DNA of 64,000 nucleotides from Bacteroidota bacterium. GTDB lineage: Bacteria > Bacteroidota > Bacteroidia > Cytophagales > Cyclobacteriaceae. The stretch lies in contig JAQCLE010000005.1 of the NCBI GenBank assembly GCA_027592755.1, positions 11,909 through 75,908 on the forward strand, read 5' to 3'. Of the stretch, positions 27,060 through 36,436 are shown piece after piece; within the stretch, counting starts at the first letter, position 1; the number at the start of each line of letters is the position of its first letter. Both the position numbers and the translations under genes were made by a program. Under the pieces are notes generated by a model that saw only the letters and a program-made list of their open reading frames with translations, was not told the DNA's origin and ran no database searches.

Positions 27060-28040
27060 ATGATGAAAGTTTTAGTTACACTCGATATCCCTGAAGTAGG
27101 AATTGAACTACTCAAAGCTGAAGGCTGCGAAGTAACAATTTGGAAAGAAATACCACCAATGTCACCTCTTAAATTGATTACCGCTGCAAAACAACATGAT
27201 GCACTACTTTGTGGCAGTCCGGATAAAATTGATAGCAATTTCTTGAATGAATGCAGCCATCTATACGTTATATCTCAGTTTGCTGCAGGATATGATAACA
27301 TCAATTTAAGTGAAGCAACCAAAGTTGGAATTCCTGTTGGTAACGCTCCAAAAGCGATGAGTAAATCGACAGGTGACATTTCGTTTGCTTTAATGCTGGC
27401 TGTTTCGAGGAAGATGTTTTTTCAGCATAAAAGAATCATTTCCGGGGATTGGGGACATTTTGTTCCAAAGGCCTTTTTAGGAATGGAATTGCATGGAAAA
27501 ACATTAGGAGTTTTTGGCCTTGGCAGTATTGGTTTCGAAATGGCTAAACGGTGTAAGGGTGCCTATGACATGGATATTCTTTATTCCAACAGATCAAACA
27601 ATCCAAAGGCTGAGGATGAGTTGGGTGCCAGACTCGTAGGTCTGGATGAGTTGCTGGCACAAAGTGATGTTGTTTCTGTGCACTGTTCATTGAATGATCA
27701 GACACGGGGTTTATTCAACATGGAGTGTTTTAAAAAAATGAAAAAGTCTTCAATATTTATCAACAGCTCGCGGGGACCAGTACATAATGAAGAAGACCTG
27801 ACTGAAGCGCTCACAAAAGGTATCATTTGGGGCGCTGGACTTGATGTAACCAACCCGGAGCCAATGGACAAGAACAACCCACTTCTGCTGATGGAGAATG
27901 TTGCAGTAACTCCCCATTTGGGATCAACAACAGCTGAAGCCAGAAACGAAATGTCGAGGCTTGCCGCCCAGAATATCATCAGCTTTAAGAGAGGTGAAAA
28001 AATTCCCAACTTTCTTAATCCTGAGGTTCTGAGTAATTAG
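27060..28040 (+). CDS. D-isomer-specific 2-hydroxyacid dehydrogenase (glyoxylate/hydroxypyruvate reductase-like)
   Basis: 326 aa with the NAD motif GVFGLGSIGFEMAKR and catalytic-region patterns INSSRGPVHNEEDL, GAGLDV and VTPHLGS. Confidence 0.85.
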   Translation: MMKVLVTLDIPEVGIELLKAEGCEVTIWKEIPPMSPLKLITAAKQHDALLCGSPDKIDSNFLNECSHLYVISQFAAGYDNINLSEATKVGIPVGNAPKAMSKSTGDISFALMLAVSRKMFFQHKRIISGDWGHFVPKAFLGMELHGKTLGVFGLGSIGFEMAKRCKGAYDMDILYSNRSNNPKAEDELGARLVGLDELLAQSDVVSVHCSLNDQTRGLFNMECFKKMKKSSIFINSSRGPVHNEEDLTEALTKGIIWGAGLDVTNPEPMDKNNPLLLMENVAVTPHLGSTTAEARNEMSRLAAQNIISFKRGEKIPNFLNPEVLSN

Positions 28041-28175
28041 TGAGGAGGAAGAACAAGAGTAATTTCAAGATCTTTTTCGGTCATTAAATGCATACACTGG
28101 GGCAAAATGGAACGAAGAATTTACTTCCCATCTTAAGAGGAAGATTTTCGTCGCCCCAACTAGCTACACCATAGA

Positions 28176-29414
28176 TTAAATTGCTTTGATCTGGGCAATC
28201 AATCCATTATAACTCATGTAGCTCATTACAGCAGCAAAGACGAGTATTAAAACCAGAGCTATATTAATAACCCATGAAAAAGAATACTCTTTCATTAGAT
28301 CTTTTCGATTGCCCATGTACAAGATACAGCCGACTGTTACCGGTAAAACAAGTGCTCCAAACGCCTGAGAAGTGATCATAACTGGAATTGGCTTGGCATT
28401 AAAAACAGGAACGATTAACCCTAACAGAGAAATTACCAAAACCATGATTCTGTAATCCATCCTATTTACATCAGTTTTTCGGCCTATATAATCATTAAGA
28501 AGCCACGGTAAAAGGCTGACATTCGGGAATTGAGAAGATACTCCAGCAGCAATCAGGCCTAGTGTGAACACGGCGACCGCAAAAAAGCCGGCAACAGGTT
28601 CTAACAAAACAATCATTTCTGTGACGTTTTCCATTTTGGCGCCCTGGACGTGTAATGTTCCTGCAGCCGCAGCCATGATTGCTCCACTGATGGCGAACAT
28701 CATGAATCCTGCGAAAATGGCATCATTTCTCTGGGTTTTCAAATCTGCCAATGTCCATCCAGCTTCTTTTACCAGTGTGGTCCGCAAAACAAACAGGCCT
28801 GAAAATACTGTAGTTCCAACCATCGAAGCAATGATTAAGAAGGTGTTGTCATCATTTTCTGTTGTTGGTACTCCGGGGATTAATCCCCGCCCAATTTCTT
28901 CAATTGGAGGCATGAGAATAAAGAAATTAATAACAAAACAGACGGTCATTATGCCAGCCAATACAGCCAGTACCTTTTCAAATACCTTCATTTTTCCATT
29001 GAGAAAAATGGCATAGACGAGGGAGATATAAAAAATAGCAAAATACAGTGGTGGGACACCTCCATCAACAATGTTCTTTGACCATTCAAAGCTGATGTCG
29101 GATATTATGCCCATCACTCCGATTACACTGCCACAGACATGCGCTGTTAAGGTTATGATAAAGAAAATTGCAAAGCCCGGATGGATGTATTGAGCAAAAG
29201 CGCTGAGTGCGGTACGCCCTGTGACTATTGCAAATTTTCCAAATAAATGAATCATAAACCCGGTAATGATGCACGAAAGAAAAATTGTCCAGAGAAGAGC
29301 CATGCCATAGTCTGTTCCAGCCTTGGCCATGGCTGTAACACTACCTGTCCCAATGGTGAAGCCAAATAGAAAAATTCCGGGTAGAAAGGTTTTAATGCGG
29401 CCGATAAAATTCAT
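28176..29414 (-). CDS. NRAMP-fold membrane transporter lacking the canonical metal-site motifs
   Basis: 412 aa, about 11 TM. It is collinear with MntH-type proteins (…YGMALLWTIFLS…FAIVTGR…). However, TM1 reads TIGTGSVTA where DPGN is expected, and TM6 reads MVGTTVFSGLF where MPH is expected. Confidence 0.7.
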   Translation of the reverse strand: MNFIGRIKTFLPGIFLFGFTIGTGSVTAMAKAGTDYGMALLWTIFLSCIITGFMIHLFGKFAIVTGRTALSAFAQYIHPGFAIFFIITLTAHVCGSVIGVMGIISDISFEWSKNIVDGGVPPLYFAIFYISLVYAIFLNGKMKVFEKVLAVLAGIMTVCFVINFFILMPPIEEIGRGLIPGVPTTENDDNTFLIIASMVGTTVFSGLFVLRTTLVKEAGWTLADLKTQRNDAIFAGFMMFAISGAIMAAAAGTLHVQGAKMENVTEMIVLLEPVAGFFAVAVFTLGLIAAGVSSQFPNVSLLPWLLNDYIGRKTDVNRMDYRIMVLVISLLGLIVPVFNAKPIPVMITSQAFGALVLPVTVGCILYMGNRKDLMKEYSFSWVINIALVLILVFAAVMSYMSYNGLIAQIKAI

Positions 29415-29446
29415 TGAATGGATTCAATAAGAGATTAAGCTTCAGC

Positions 29447-30571
29447 TTAATCTCCATCGTCGGCATAATATCTGCCTATCTGCTTGATGATTGCCCTTTT
29501 GAGTTCCAATTTATCAAAGGCTCCTTCGACGTTATAGACGATCTTTCCACCTGGTGCAATAACCGCTGTATAGGGTAAAGATCCTTGCCAGTTTTTATCA
29601 ACAACCTCTATCAATTCATAAATATCTTTACCGGTGAAGATGTAGTTTTGGCTGGATACTTCATTTTCTGTGAGAATTTCAAGTGCTTTTTCTTTTTTGT
29701 TGACTTTATCTGTTGAGACTATCACCAGTTCAAAATCTCTCCGCCTGTACATCCTGTTCATCTCAACCAGGTAGGGCATTTCTATAATGCATGGTCCACA
29801 CCAGGTAGCCCAGAAATTGACAACGCGGAACTTGTCAGTATCGTTTTTCATTAAACTTTTAATGCTTTCGAGATTAGCGTCATCAAGTGTTACGGGCTCC
29901 TGGGCCCATTTTTGCATTAACTCTACCGCGTATTTGCTTTTTGTTGCCCATTTAATTGAACATCCAAAAGTTTTTGTACTGGTAATAGGGGCCTCTTTTC
30001 CAACTAATAATGCATCAAGAGCATCGATCATATCTGTACTTCCCGGCACAGCATAGGGATCTTCTGTATTATCTATTCTTCCACTGTACTTCAGTTTCCT
30101 TGCTTTATCGAAAATGAAAATGTGGGGAGTTGCTGCTGGCCCATAAAGCTTCGAAATTTCCTGGATTTCACCATCATAAACATAAGGAAAATTGTATCCC
30201 TTAAATTGGGCCCGCTCTTTCATATCTTCCAGGTCATCGCTTAAATCTGTGTAACCAAGTTCAGATAAGGTAATTGCACTTGGATCGTTTGGCGATATAG
30301 CTAAAAAACCAACGCCTTTCGGTTGGTATTCGTTTACAGCTTTTATGAATTTATCTTCATAAGCCTGGGCTGTAGGGCAATGATTGCATGTAAATAAAAT
30401 AACCAGAATGTCATAGTTTGAGAAATCTTTGAGGCTATAATTCTTCCCATCAATCCCGGGAAGATTAAAATCCGGTGCCTGGGAGCCAATGGATAGCGGT
30501 ACAATCTTTTCCTGCGAGTATCCCAAACTGGCAAAGAACAACAGCATCAGAATTGTTAAAGTTTTTTTCAT
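29447..30571 (-). CDS. secreted double thioredoxin-fold (TlpA/redoxin-like) protein
   Basis: 374 aa with a signal peptide and two Trx-like domains carrying the CxxC motifs FTCNHCPTA and FWATWCGPC. It ends 32 nt upstream of the NRAMP-like gene, so they are a probable operon. Confidence 0.8.
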   Translation of the reverse strand: MKKTLTILMLLFFASLGYSQEKIVPLSIGSQAPDFNLPGIDGKNYSLKDFSNYDILVILFTCNHCPTAQAYEDKFIKAVNEYQPKGVGFLAISPNDPSAITLSELGYTDLSDDLEDMKERAQFKGYNFPYVYDGEIQEISKLYGPAATPHIFIFDKARKLKYSGRIDNTEDPYAVPGSTDMIDALDALLVGKEAPITSTKTFGCSIKWATKSKYAVELMQKWAQEPVTLDDANLESIKSLMKNDTDKFRVVNFWATWCGPCIIEMPYLVEMNRMYRRRDFELVIVSTDKVNKKEKALEILTENEVSSQNYIFTGKDIYELIEVVDKNWQGSLPYTAVIAPGGKIVYNVEGAFDKLELKRAIIKQIGRYYADDGD

Positions 30572-30655
30572 CTCTCTTTAGAAGTTTTTAATTAGTAATG
30601 TAACGTTGGTCTAAGTCCACAATCCGATCCGCTAATTAATCGAGTAAGAATGGTC

Positions 30656-30692
30656 AAAAAAAGAGGGCATTATTTGAAATGCCCTCTTTTTT
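30656..30692. terminator. bidirectional Rho-independent terminator hairpin
   Basis: The sequence is AAAAAAAGAGGGCAT-TATTTGAA-ATGCCCTCTTTTTT, a 10-bp GC-containing stem flanked by an A-tract and a T-tract. Confidence 0.6.
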
Positions 30693-30990
30693 ATCCAGTA
30701 TTATTTATAATCCCTCCAAGTCGGCATCATCGCTGCGAACAACTGGTCCTTTCGCGTGGGCTTGATTCTGAGTATGGACATTTGCCTGCTGTTGTGCATC
30801 ATGGTGAGCATAATGACCATATGAATGGATGGTTTTTTCGAAAAAATTCTCGAATGCTTTTATTGGTCCGTCTGATATTATCTTTTTTTCTTTTTTGGTT
30901 GAATTCAGTCGTGCTGTCTTTCCAAATATAATAATTATTTTATTTCAGCAACCTCGAGCTCTAAATTTAAAAATATAAGATTGCGATTGA

Positions 30991-32220
30991 TTAGTAAAGT
31001 ACCCTGAAACGGATCGTTTCCCTAATTTTTTTGAGATCAGTAATAACTTCGGCACTGTATTCTTTGTCAATAACAGTAATCACATAACCTACAACTTCAT
31101 TTGTTTTAAGATACTGCCCGATTACGTTAATGCTATGTCCGGCAAGAATATTATTGATCATGGCAAGAACTCCAGGTACGTTATGGTGTATATGAATAAA
31201 CCTGTGGGCATCCTTGAATTTGGGCAATTGAAGATTCGGGAAGTTAACGCTCAGGTTTGTGCTGCCCGAATTCACATAATCTATAATCTTGGAAGGCACA
31301 AATTGGGCGATATTGGCTTGTGCTTCAAGTGTACTGCCTCCAATATGAGGGGTAAGTATAGTATTTGGCAAGCCCCTAAGTTCGGAGATAAACTCTTCAG
31401 AGTTGCTTTTGGGCTCCTCCGGATAGACATCTATTGCTGCACCTCCAATTCTTCCATTTACAATATTTTCACGCAATGCCCGGATATCAACAACATGGCC
31501 ACGACTGAGATTTAGGAAGATAACACCTTGTTTCATAAGGCTAAATTCCTTGCTTCCGAGAAGATTTTTGTTTTCCTCCCTTCCATCAACATGAAGTGTC
31601 AGAATATCTGCAAGCTTCAAAAGTTCTTCGAGTGTACTACACTTTATAGCATTGCCCATTGCCAGGCGTTCGTCAATATCATAGTAGTAGACCTGCATGC
31701 CCAGTGATTCGGCCAACACAGAAAGTTGTGCACCAATGTTCCCATAACCTATAATACCCAGTTTCTTGCCACGAATCTCAAAGCTATTTGTCGCAGATTT
31801 GTTCCAGTTACCTGCATGCATCTGGCCTGTTTTGTCTGGAAGATTTCTAATAAGCATGATCATTTCCGCAAGTGCCAGTTCTACGACCGATCGTGTATTG
31901 CTGAAAGGTGCATTAAAAACAACAATGCCTCGCGAGAGACATTCCGGCAAGTCAATTTGATTAGTTCCGATACAAAATGCCCCAACCGCAAGTAGTCTAT
32001 TGGCATTTCCCAATACTTTTTTGGTAACCTGTGTTTTAGATCTGATCCCCAGGATAGAAACACCCTTAATTCTCTCGGTAAGTTCATCTTCATCAAGTCC
32101 TCCAGCGTGAACCTCAACCCGGTACCCCTCTTCTTTCAACAATTTCACTCCATCTTCATGAATGTTCTCTAACAGTAGTACTTTAATCTTACTTTTGGGA
32201 TATGATAATGCTCTTTCCAT
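30991..32220 (-). CDS. serA: D-3-phosphoglycerate dehydrogenase (E. coli-type, with C-terminal ACT domain)
   Basis: The start is trimmed to ATG 32220 (MERALSYPKSKIKVLLLENIH), giving 409 aa. It has the NAD motif GIIGYGNIGAQLS and the patterns LNLSRGHVVD and LTPHIGGST. Confidence 0.9.
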   Translation of the reverse strand: MERALSYPKSKIKVLLLENIHEDGVKLLKEEGYRVEVHAGGLDEDELTERIKGVSILGIRSKTQVTKKVLGNANRLLAVGAFCIGTNQIDLPECLSRGIVVFNAPFSNTRSVVELALAEMIMLIRNLPDKTGQMHAGNWNKSATNSFEIRGKKLGIIGYGNIGAQLSVLAESLGMQVYYYDIDERLAMGNAIKCSTLEELLKLADILTLHVDGREENKNLLGSKEFSLMKQGVIFLNLSRGHVVDIRALRENIVNGRIGGAAIDVYPEEPKSNSEEFISELRGLPNTILTPHIGGSTLEAQANIAQFVPSKIIDYVNSGSTNLSVNFPNLQLPKFKDAHRFIHIHHNVPGVLAMINNILAGHSINVIGQYLKTNEVVGYVITVIDKEYSAEVITDLKKIRETIRFRVLY

Positions 32221-32379
32221 AAATCTAAACGTGCTCTCGAAATCGTTGTACTTTTTTTTATACTTTTCTATCCTTGGTAATTTCAGTCGGCAAAAGTAAT
32301 TATTTGAAGAGCTAATAATGTCCAAATCTTTGCTTGTTTTTTTAAGTTCAGATAACTTGTGATTCCATTACACCCATTT

Positions 32380-33462
32380 ATGAAAAGGAATTGGCTAATA
32401 ATTGCTGTCTGGATTTTATTAATCCAGGGTTGTGACCAAACAATCAAAGACGCAAACAAAGAGTTTATGCCACCGGCCCAGGGAGCTATTGGTGAAATAA
32501 TCCTCGTTATGGATTCTGCATTGTGGAAGGGTCAACTCGGTATCGAATTGAAAAGGACTTTTCACGACCTGATGCCCGGTCTCCCTCAGGATGAGAGCCT
32601 TTTTGAACTTCATTATATAAGTCCATTCAAACTGAATAATACGCTAAAGACAACGAAGAACATGGTATTCGTTACTATTTTGAACGATAACAGCCAGGAA
32701 AACAGAATATTGAGAAGTTATTTTACATCAGAGTCCCTTGAAATGGTGAGAAATAATGCTGACTTGTTCATGCTCATAAAACAAGATGATTTTGCAAAAG
32801 GCCAGGAAATTCTTCACCTCTTTGGAAGAGATGAAGAAACATTAATAAAAAACATTAGAGAAAACAGCGATCGGATCAAAAATCACTTTGAGCTCATTGA
32901 AAGAAAAAGACTTGTAAATACCCTATTCAAAGGGGAAAATGTTGAGATCCGTAGTGCGTTAAAAAACCAGCATAATTTCAACATCAGAGTGCCTTATGGT
33001 TACCAACTTGCTGCAAACAAGGACAATTTTATCTGGATCCGGCAATTGGAGTATCCTGAAGAAAAGAGTATTTTCATTTACTATGAACCCTATCGATCAC
33101 CTGGCATTTTTAATAAAGACAGTATAGCTCAATTGAGAGAAAAAGTTAGTTATGAGTTTATCCGGGACGTGCAGAATAGGAATACTTTCATGACCTTACA
33201 GGATGAGCAATACATGCCCTATTTTACGAGAGAAATTAATTTTAAAGGGATCTATGCTTATGAACTCAGGGGACTATGGAAAAACAGTGATATTTCTGCT
33301 GGAGGGCCTTTTGTAAGTTATACACTTGTTGACGAGAAATTAAAACGACTTTACTACATTGAGGGCTATGTCTACCATCCCTCTGGGGATAAGAGGGACT
33401 GGATGCGGGAAATGGATGCTATCTTGTGGAGCTTTGATATTTCAGATCAGAGTGCGGAATAG
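32380..33462 (+). CDS. lipoprotein, DUF4837-like
   Basis: The start at ATG 32380 gives MKRNWLIIAVWILLIQGC. The overall pattern (GAIGEIILVMDSALWKG...) matches what I remember of DUF4837, but this family call is from memory only. Confidence 0.6.
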   Translation: MKRNWLIIAVWILLIQGCDQTIKDANKEFMPPAQGAIGEIILVMDSALWKGQLGIELKRTFHDLMPGLPQDESLFELHYISPFKLNNTLKTTKNMVFVTILNDNSQENRILRSYFTSESLEMVRNNADLFMLIKQDDFAKGQEILHLFGRDEETLIKNIRENSDRIKNHFELIERKRLVNTLFKGENVEIRSALKNQHNFNIRVPYGYQLAANKDNFIWIRQLEYPEEKSIFIYYEPYRSPGIFNKDSIAQLREKVSYEFIRDVQNRNTFMTLQDEQYMPYFTREINFKGIYAYELRGLWKNSDISAGGPFVSYTLVDEKLKRLYYIEGYVYHPSGDKRDWMREMDAILWSFDISDQSAE

Positions 33463-33553
33463 TCATCCATTGTTCTATTGAATGTCGAGATAAACTACTC
33501 AAAATATCCAAACATTCTGACGAATCAATATTTTTGAGTATAACATCTATGAT

Positions 33554-35824
33554 ATGCCATCAAAGAACCGCAACCAGGACGCCCTAGGCTATCATTCACA
33601 AGAACCCAAGGGAAAAATAGCCGTTGTCGCCACAAAGCCAGTAGCGACACAAGGTGATCTTGCCCTGGCCTACTCCCCCGGGGTGGCTGTGCCCTGTCTG
33701 GCGATTGCTGAAAATATCGAGGATGTATATAAATACACGGCGAAAGGTAATCTCGTTGGTGTCATTTCAAATGGAACAGCTGTTCTGGGCCTGGGAAATA
33801 TTGGCCCGGAAGCCTCAAAACCGGTGATGGAAGGCAAGGGCGTTTTGTTTAAGAAATTTGCGGGTATTGACATTTTTGACATTGAAATTGCCGAGACGGA
33901 TGCGGATAAATTTATTGAGATAGTTAAATCCCTTGAGCCAACATTTGGAGGTATTAACCTTGAAGACATTAAAGCTCCTGAAAGTTTTAAAATTGAAACT
34001 GAGTTAAAGAAGAAAATGAAAATTCCGGTGATGCATGACGATCAGCATGGCACTGCAATTATTTCAGCGGCTGCTCTTCTTAATGCATTAATTGTTGTCA
34101 AGAAGAAAATCGAAAACATTCAAATAGTAATTAATGGAGCTGGTGGTGCGGCTATTGCCTGCGCTCAATTATACATATCTCTTGGTGCGTCAAGGAAAAA
34201 CATTGTAATGTTTGACAGCAAAGGGGCTATTGATAAATACAGGGAGAATATTGATCCAACAAAAGCCATGTTTGCCACAGATAGAAAACTGAGAACACTT
34301 AGCCAAGCAATGGTAGGTGCGGATCTTTTTGTTGGTTTATCCATTGCAGATGTTTTGACTGCCAAGGATGTTCAGGCTATGGCTGATAATCCAATTGTGT
34401 TTGCATTGTCAAATCCTGATCCGGAAATAGCCTATGATCTCGCGATGTCATCTAGAAGCGATATTGTCATGGCAACAGGTAGGTCGGATTACCCGAATCA
34501 GGTAAACAACGTTTTGGGATTTCCTTATATTTTCAGAGGAGCGCTTGATGTTAGAGCCACTGCAATTAATGAAGAAATGAAGTTAGCAGCAGTAAAGGCT
34601 ATAGCCGAGTTAGCTAAAGAAAATGTTCCCGAAATGGTAATTAAAGCATATGGGGATAACAAAATTTCTTTTGGAAAAGAATACCTGATTCCAAAACCTA
34701 TTGACCCGAGATTGATTACATCTATTTCACCAGCTGTTGCCAAAGCCGCTATTGCATCTGGCGTAGCAAGGATTGAAATTACGGATTGGGAGGCTTACGA
34801 TCTGGAACTTCAGCACAGGATCGGTATCGATCAAAAAATCATGTCAAGGGTCATTTCAAGGGCAAGAAGTAACCCAAGGACTGTGGTTTTTGCAGAAGCG
34901 GATCATCCGAAAATTTTGAAGGCGGCCCAAATGCTCAAAGATGACGGTGTCGCTCATCCAATTCTATTGGGTAATCATGATAAGATCAAAAAATTACTTG
35001 TTGAATATGATTTGGATTTGGAATGTCCGATCATCGACCCCGATGAAGATAAGGAAAGAACTGACCGTTTTGCCAACGAATTATTTGAAAAGCGAAAAAG
35101 AAAAGGAGTGACACGGGCAACGGCAAATCAATTGGCTCGTGATGGCAACTACTTCGGTTGTATGATGGTTGAATTGGGTGATGCAGACGCCTTTATTTCA
35201 GGACTCACCAATCATTATTCAACTGCAATAAAACCCGCATTACAAGTAATTGGTATGGAGAAGGGTATCAATCGAGTTGCTGGAATGTATATTATCATGA
35301 ACAGCAATGGCACCTACTTCTTTGCAGATACAACAGTGAATGTTAATCCAACAGCTGAAGAGCTTGTAGACATAATTGGGCTTACATCCAATGCGGTTAG
35401 ATTCTTCGATAGAGAGCCAAGAATGGCTGTATTGTCTTATTCTAACTTTGGTTCGAGCGAAGGGAACATTCCTAAACTAGCTCAAAAGGCCGTTTTGTTG
35501 GCGAAAGAAAAATTTCCAGATCTCATCATTGACGGCGACCTTCAGGCCAACGTAGCTTTGGATAAGAAAATGCTCAAAGAGGCTTATCCATTCAGTGAAT
35601 TATGTCCTGATGGTGCCAATACGCTTATTTTTCCTGACCTCACATCAGGAAATATTGCTTACAAATTGTTAATGCAAATTGGAAACGCCGATGCCATTGG
35701 CCCGATATTACTGGGAATGAATAAACCTGTCCATGTTCTCCAATTAGGGAGTTCTGTTCGGGAAATTTATAATATGGCAGCAATTGCAGTGGTTGACGCT
35801 CAATACCATGTATCTAAAAATTAA
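33554..35824 (+). CDS. maeB: NADP-dependent malic enzyme with C-terminal phosphotransacetylase-like domain
   Basis: 756 aa with [42 protein letters not shown] and a PTA-like C-half (about 330 aa). Confidence 0.92.
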   Translation: MPSKNRNQDALGYHSQEPKGKIAVVATKPVATQGDLALAYSPGVAVPCLAIAENIEDVYKYTAKGNLVGVISNGTAVLGLGNIGPEASKPVMEGKGVLFKKFAGIDIFDIEIAETDADKFIEIVKSLEPTFGGINLEDIKAPESFKIETELKKKMKIPVMHDDQHGTAIISAAALLNALIVVKKKIENIQIVINGAGGAAIACAQLYISLGASRKNIVMFDSKGAIDKYRENIDPTKAMFATDRKLRTLSQAMVGADLFVGLSIADVLTAKDVQAMADNPIVFALSNPDPEIAYDLAMSSRSDIVMATGRSDYPNQVNNVLGFPYIFRGALDVRATAINEEMKLAAVKAIAELAKENVPEMVIKAYGDNKISFGKEYLIPKPIDPRLITSISPAVAKAAIASGVARIEITDWEAYDLELQHRIGIDQKIMSRVISRARSNPRTVVFAEADHPKILKAAQMLKDDGVAHPILLGNHDKIKKLLVEYDLDLECPIIDPDEDKERTDRFANELFEKRKRKGVTRATANQLARDGNYFGCMMVELGDADAFISGLTNHYSTAIKPALQVIGMEKGINRVAGMYIIMNSNGTYFFADTTVNVNPTAEELVDIIGLTSNAVRFFDREPRMAVLSYSNFGSSEGNIPKLAQKAVLLAKEKFPDLIIDGDLQANVALDKKMLKEAYPFSELCPDGANTLIFPDLTSGNIAYKLLMQIGNADAIGPILLGMNKPVHVLQLGSSVREIYNMAAIAVVDAQYHVSKN

Positions 35825-35826
35825 GA

Positions 35827-36420
35827 ATGATCAGTTATCTGGAAGGCAAGCTTGTAAGTAAAGAGCCGGGCATTGCAATAATGGATGTCAATGGAGTGGG
35901 TTACGAAGTAAGAATTAGTTTGAACACCTATTCCACCATCAAGGACCTTGATAAGAGCAAGCTTCATACTCATCTTCATATTAAAGAGGATGCACATACC
36001 CTTTATGGTTTTTCTGATCCGAAGGAAAAAAAAAGATTTTTGGATCTGATCTCTATTTCTGGAGTTGGCCCTGCTACTGGCTTGATGATATTATCGTCTT
36101 TGTCACCTGAAGAGCTTCAGAACGCCATTTTGAATAACGACGTAAGGACAATACAGTCTGTCAAAGGTATTGGGGGTAAAACTGCAGAACGGGTGATTCT
36201 AGAGCTGAAGGATAAAATGAGAAAGGAAGAAATTCCAGGAATGGAAGCGAAATTATACTCGGAAACGGGCAATACGCTAAGAAATGAGGCGTTATCAGCG
36301 CTGATAACATTGGGGATAAGCAGGAATGCTGCCGAAAAAAGTGTTGTCAGTATATTGAAAACACATGGAGCAGATATTTCTCTTGAAGAGTTAATTAAAC
36401 TGGCGTTAAAGTCTGCCTAA
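35827..36420 (+). CDS. ruvA: Holliday junction branch migration complex subunit RuvA
   Basis: 197 aa with MISYLEGKL...VNGVGYEV, the HhH segments ISGVGPATG and VKGIGGKTAERV, and a C-terminal domain III. Confidence 0.9.
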   Translation: MISYLEGKLVSKEPGIAIMDVNGVGYEVRISLNTYSTIKDLDKSKLHTHLHIKEDAHTLYGFSDPKEKKRFLDLISISGVGPATGLMILSSLSPEELQNAILNNDVRTIQSVKGIGGKTAERVILELKDKMRKEEIPGMEAKLYSETGNTLRNEALSALITLGISRNAAEKSVVSILKTHGADISLEELIKLALKSA

Positions 36421-36436
36421 CCATTAAAATCTTAAA

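Noticed and set aside
28564-29016. A 150-aa plus-strand ORF antisense to the NRAMP-like transporter gene. A similar case is 51326..51808, antisense to pssA.
   Set aside because: Antisense frames of membrane-protein genes commonly stay open. These have no recognisable motifs.
30650-30931. A 93-aa plus-strand ORF in the gap between the redoxin gene and serA.
   Set aside because: It reads straight through the strong AAGAGGGCAT/ATGCCCTCTT terminator hairpin. Its composition is low-complexity and Cys/His/Leu-rich, typical of a shadow frame. The opposite-strand frame looks more gene-like and is reported separately at low confidence.
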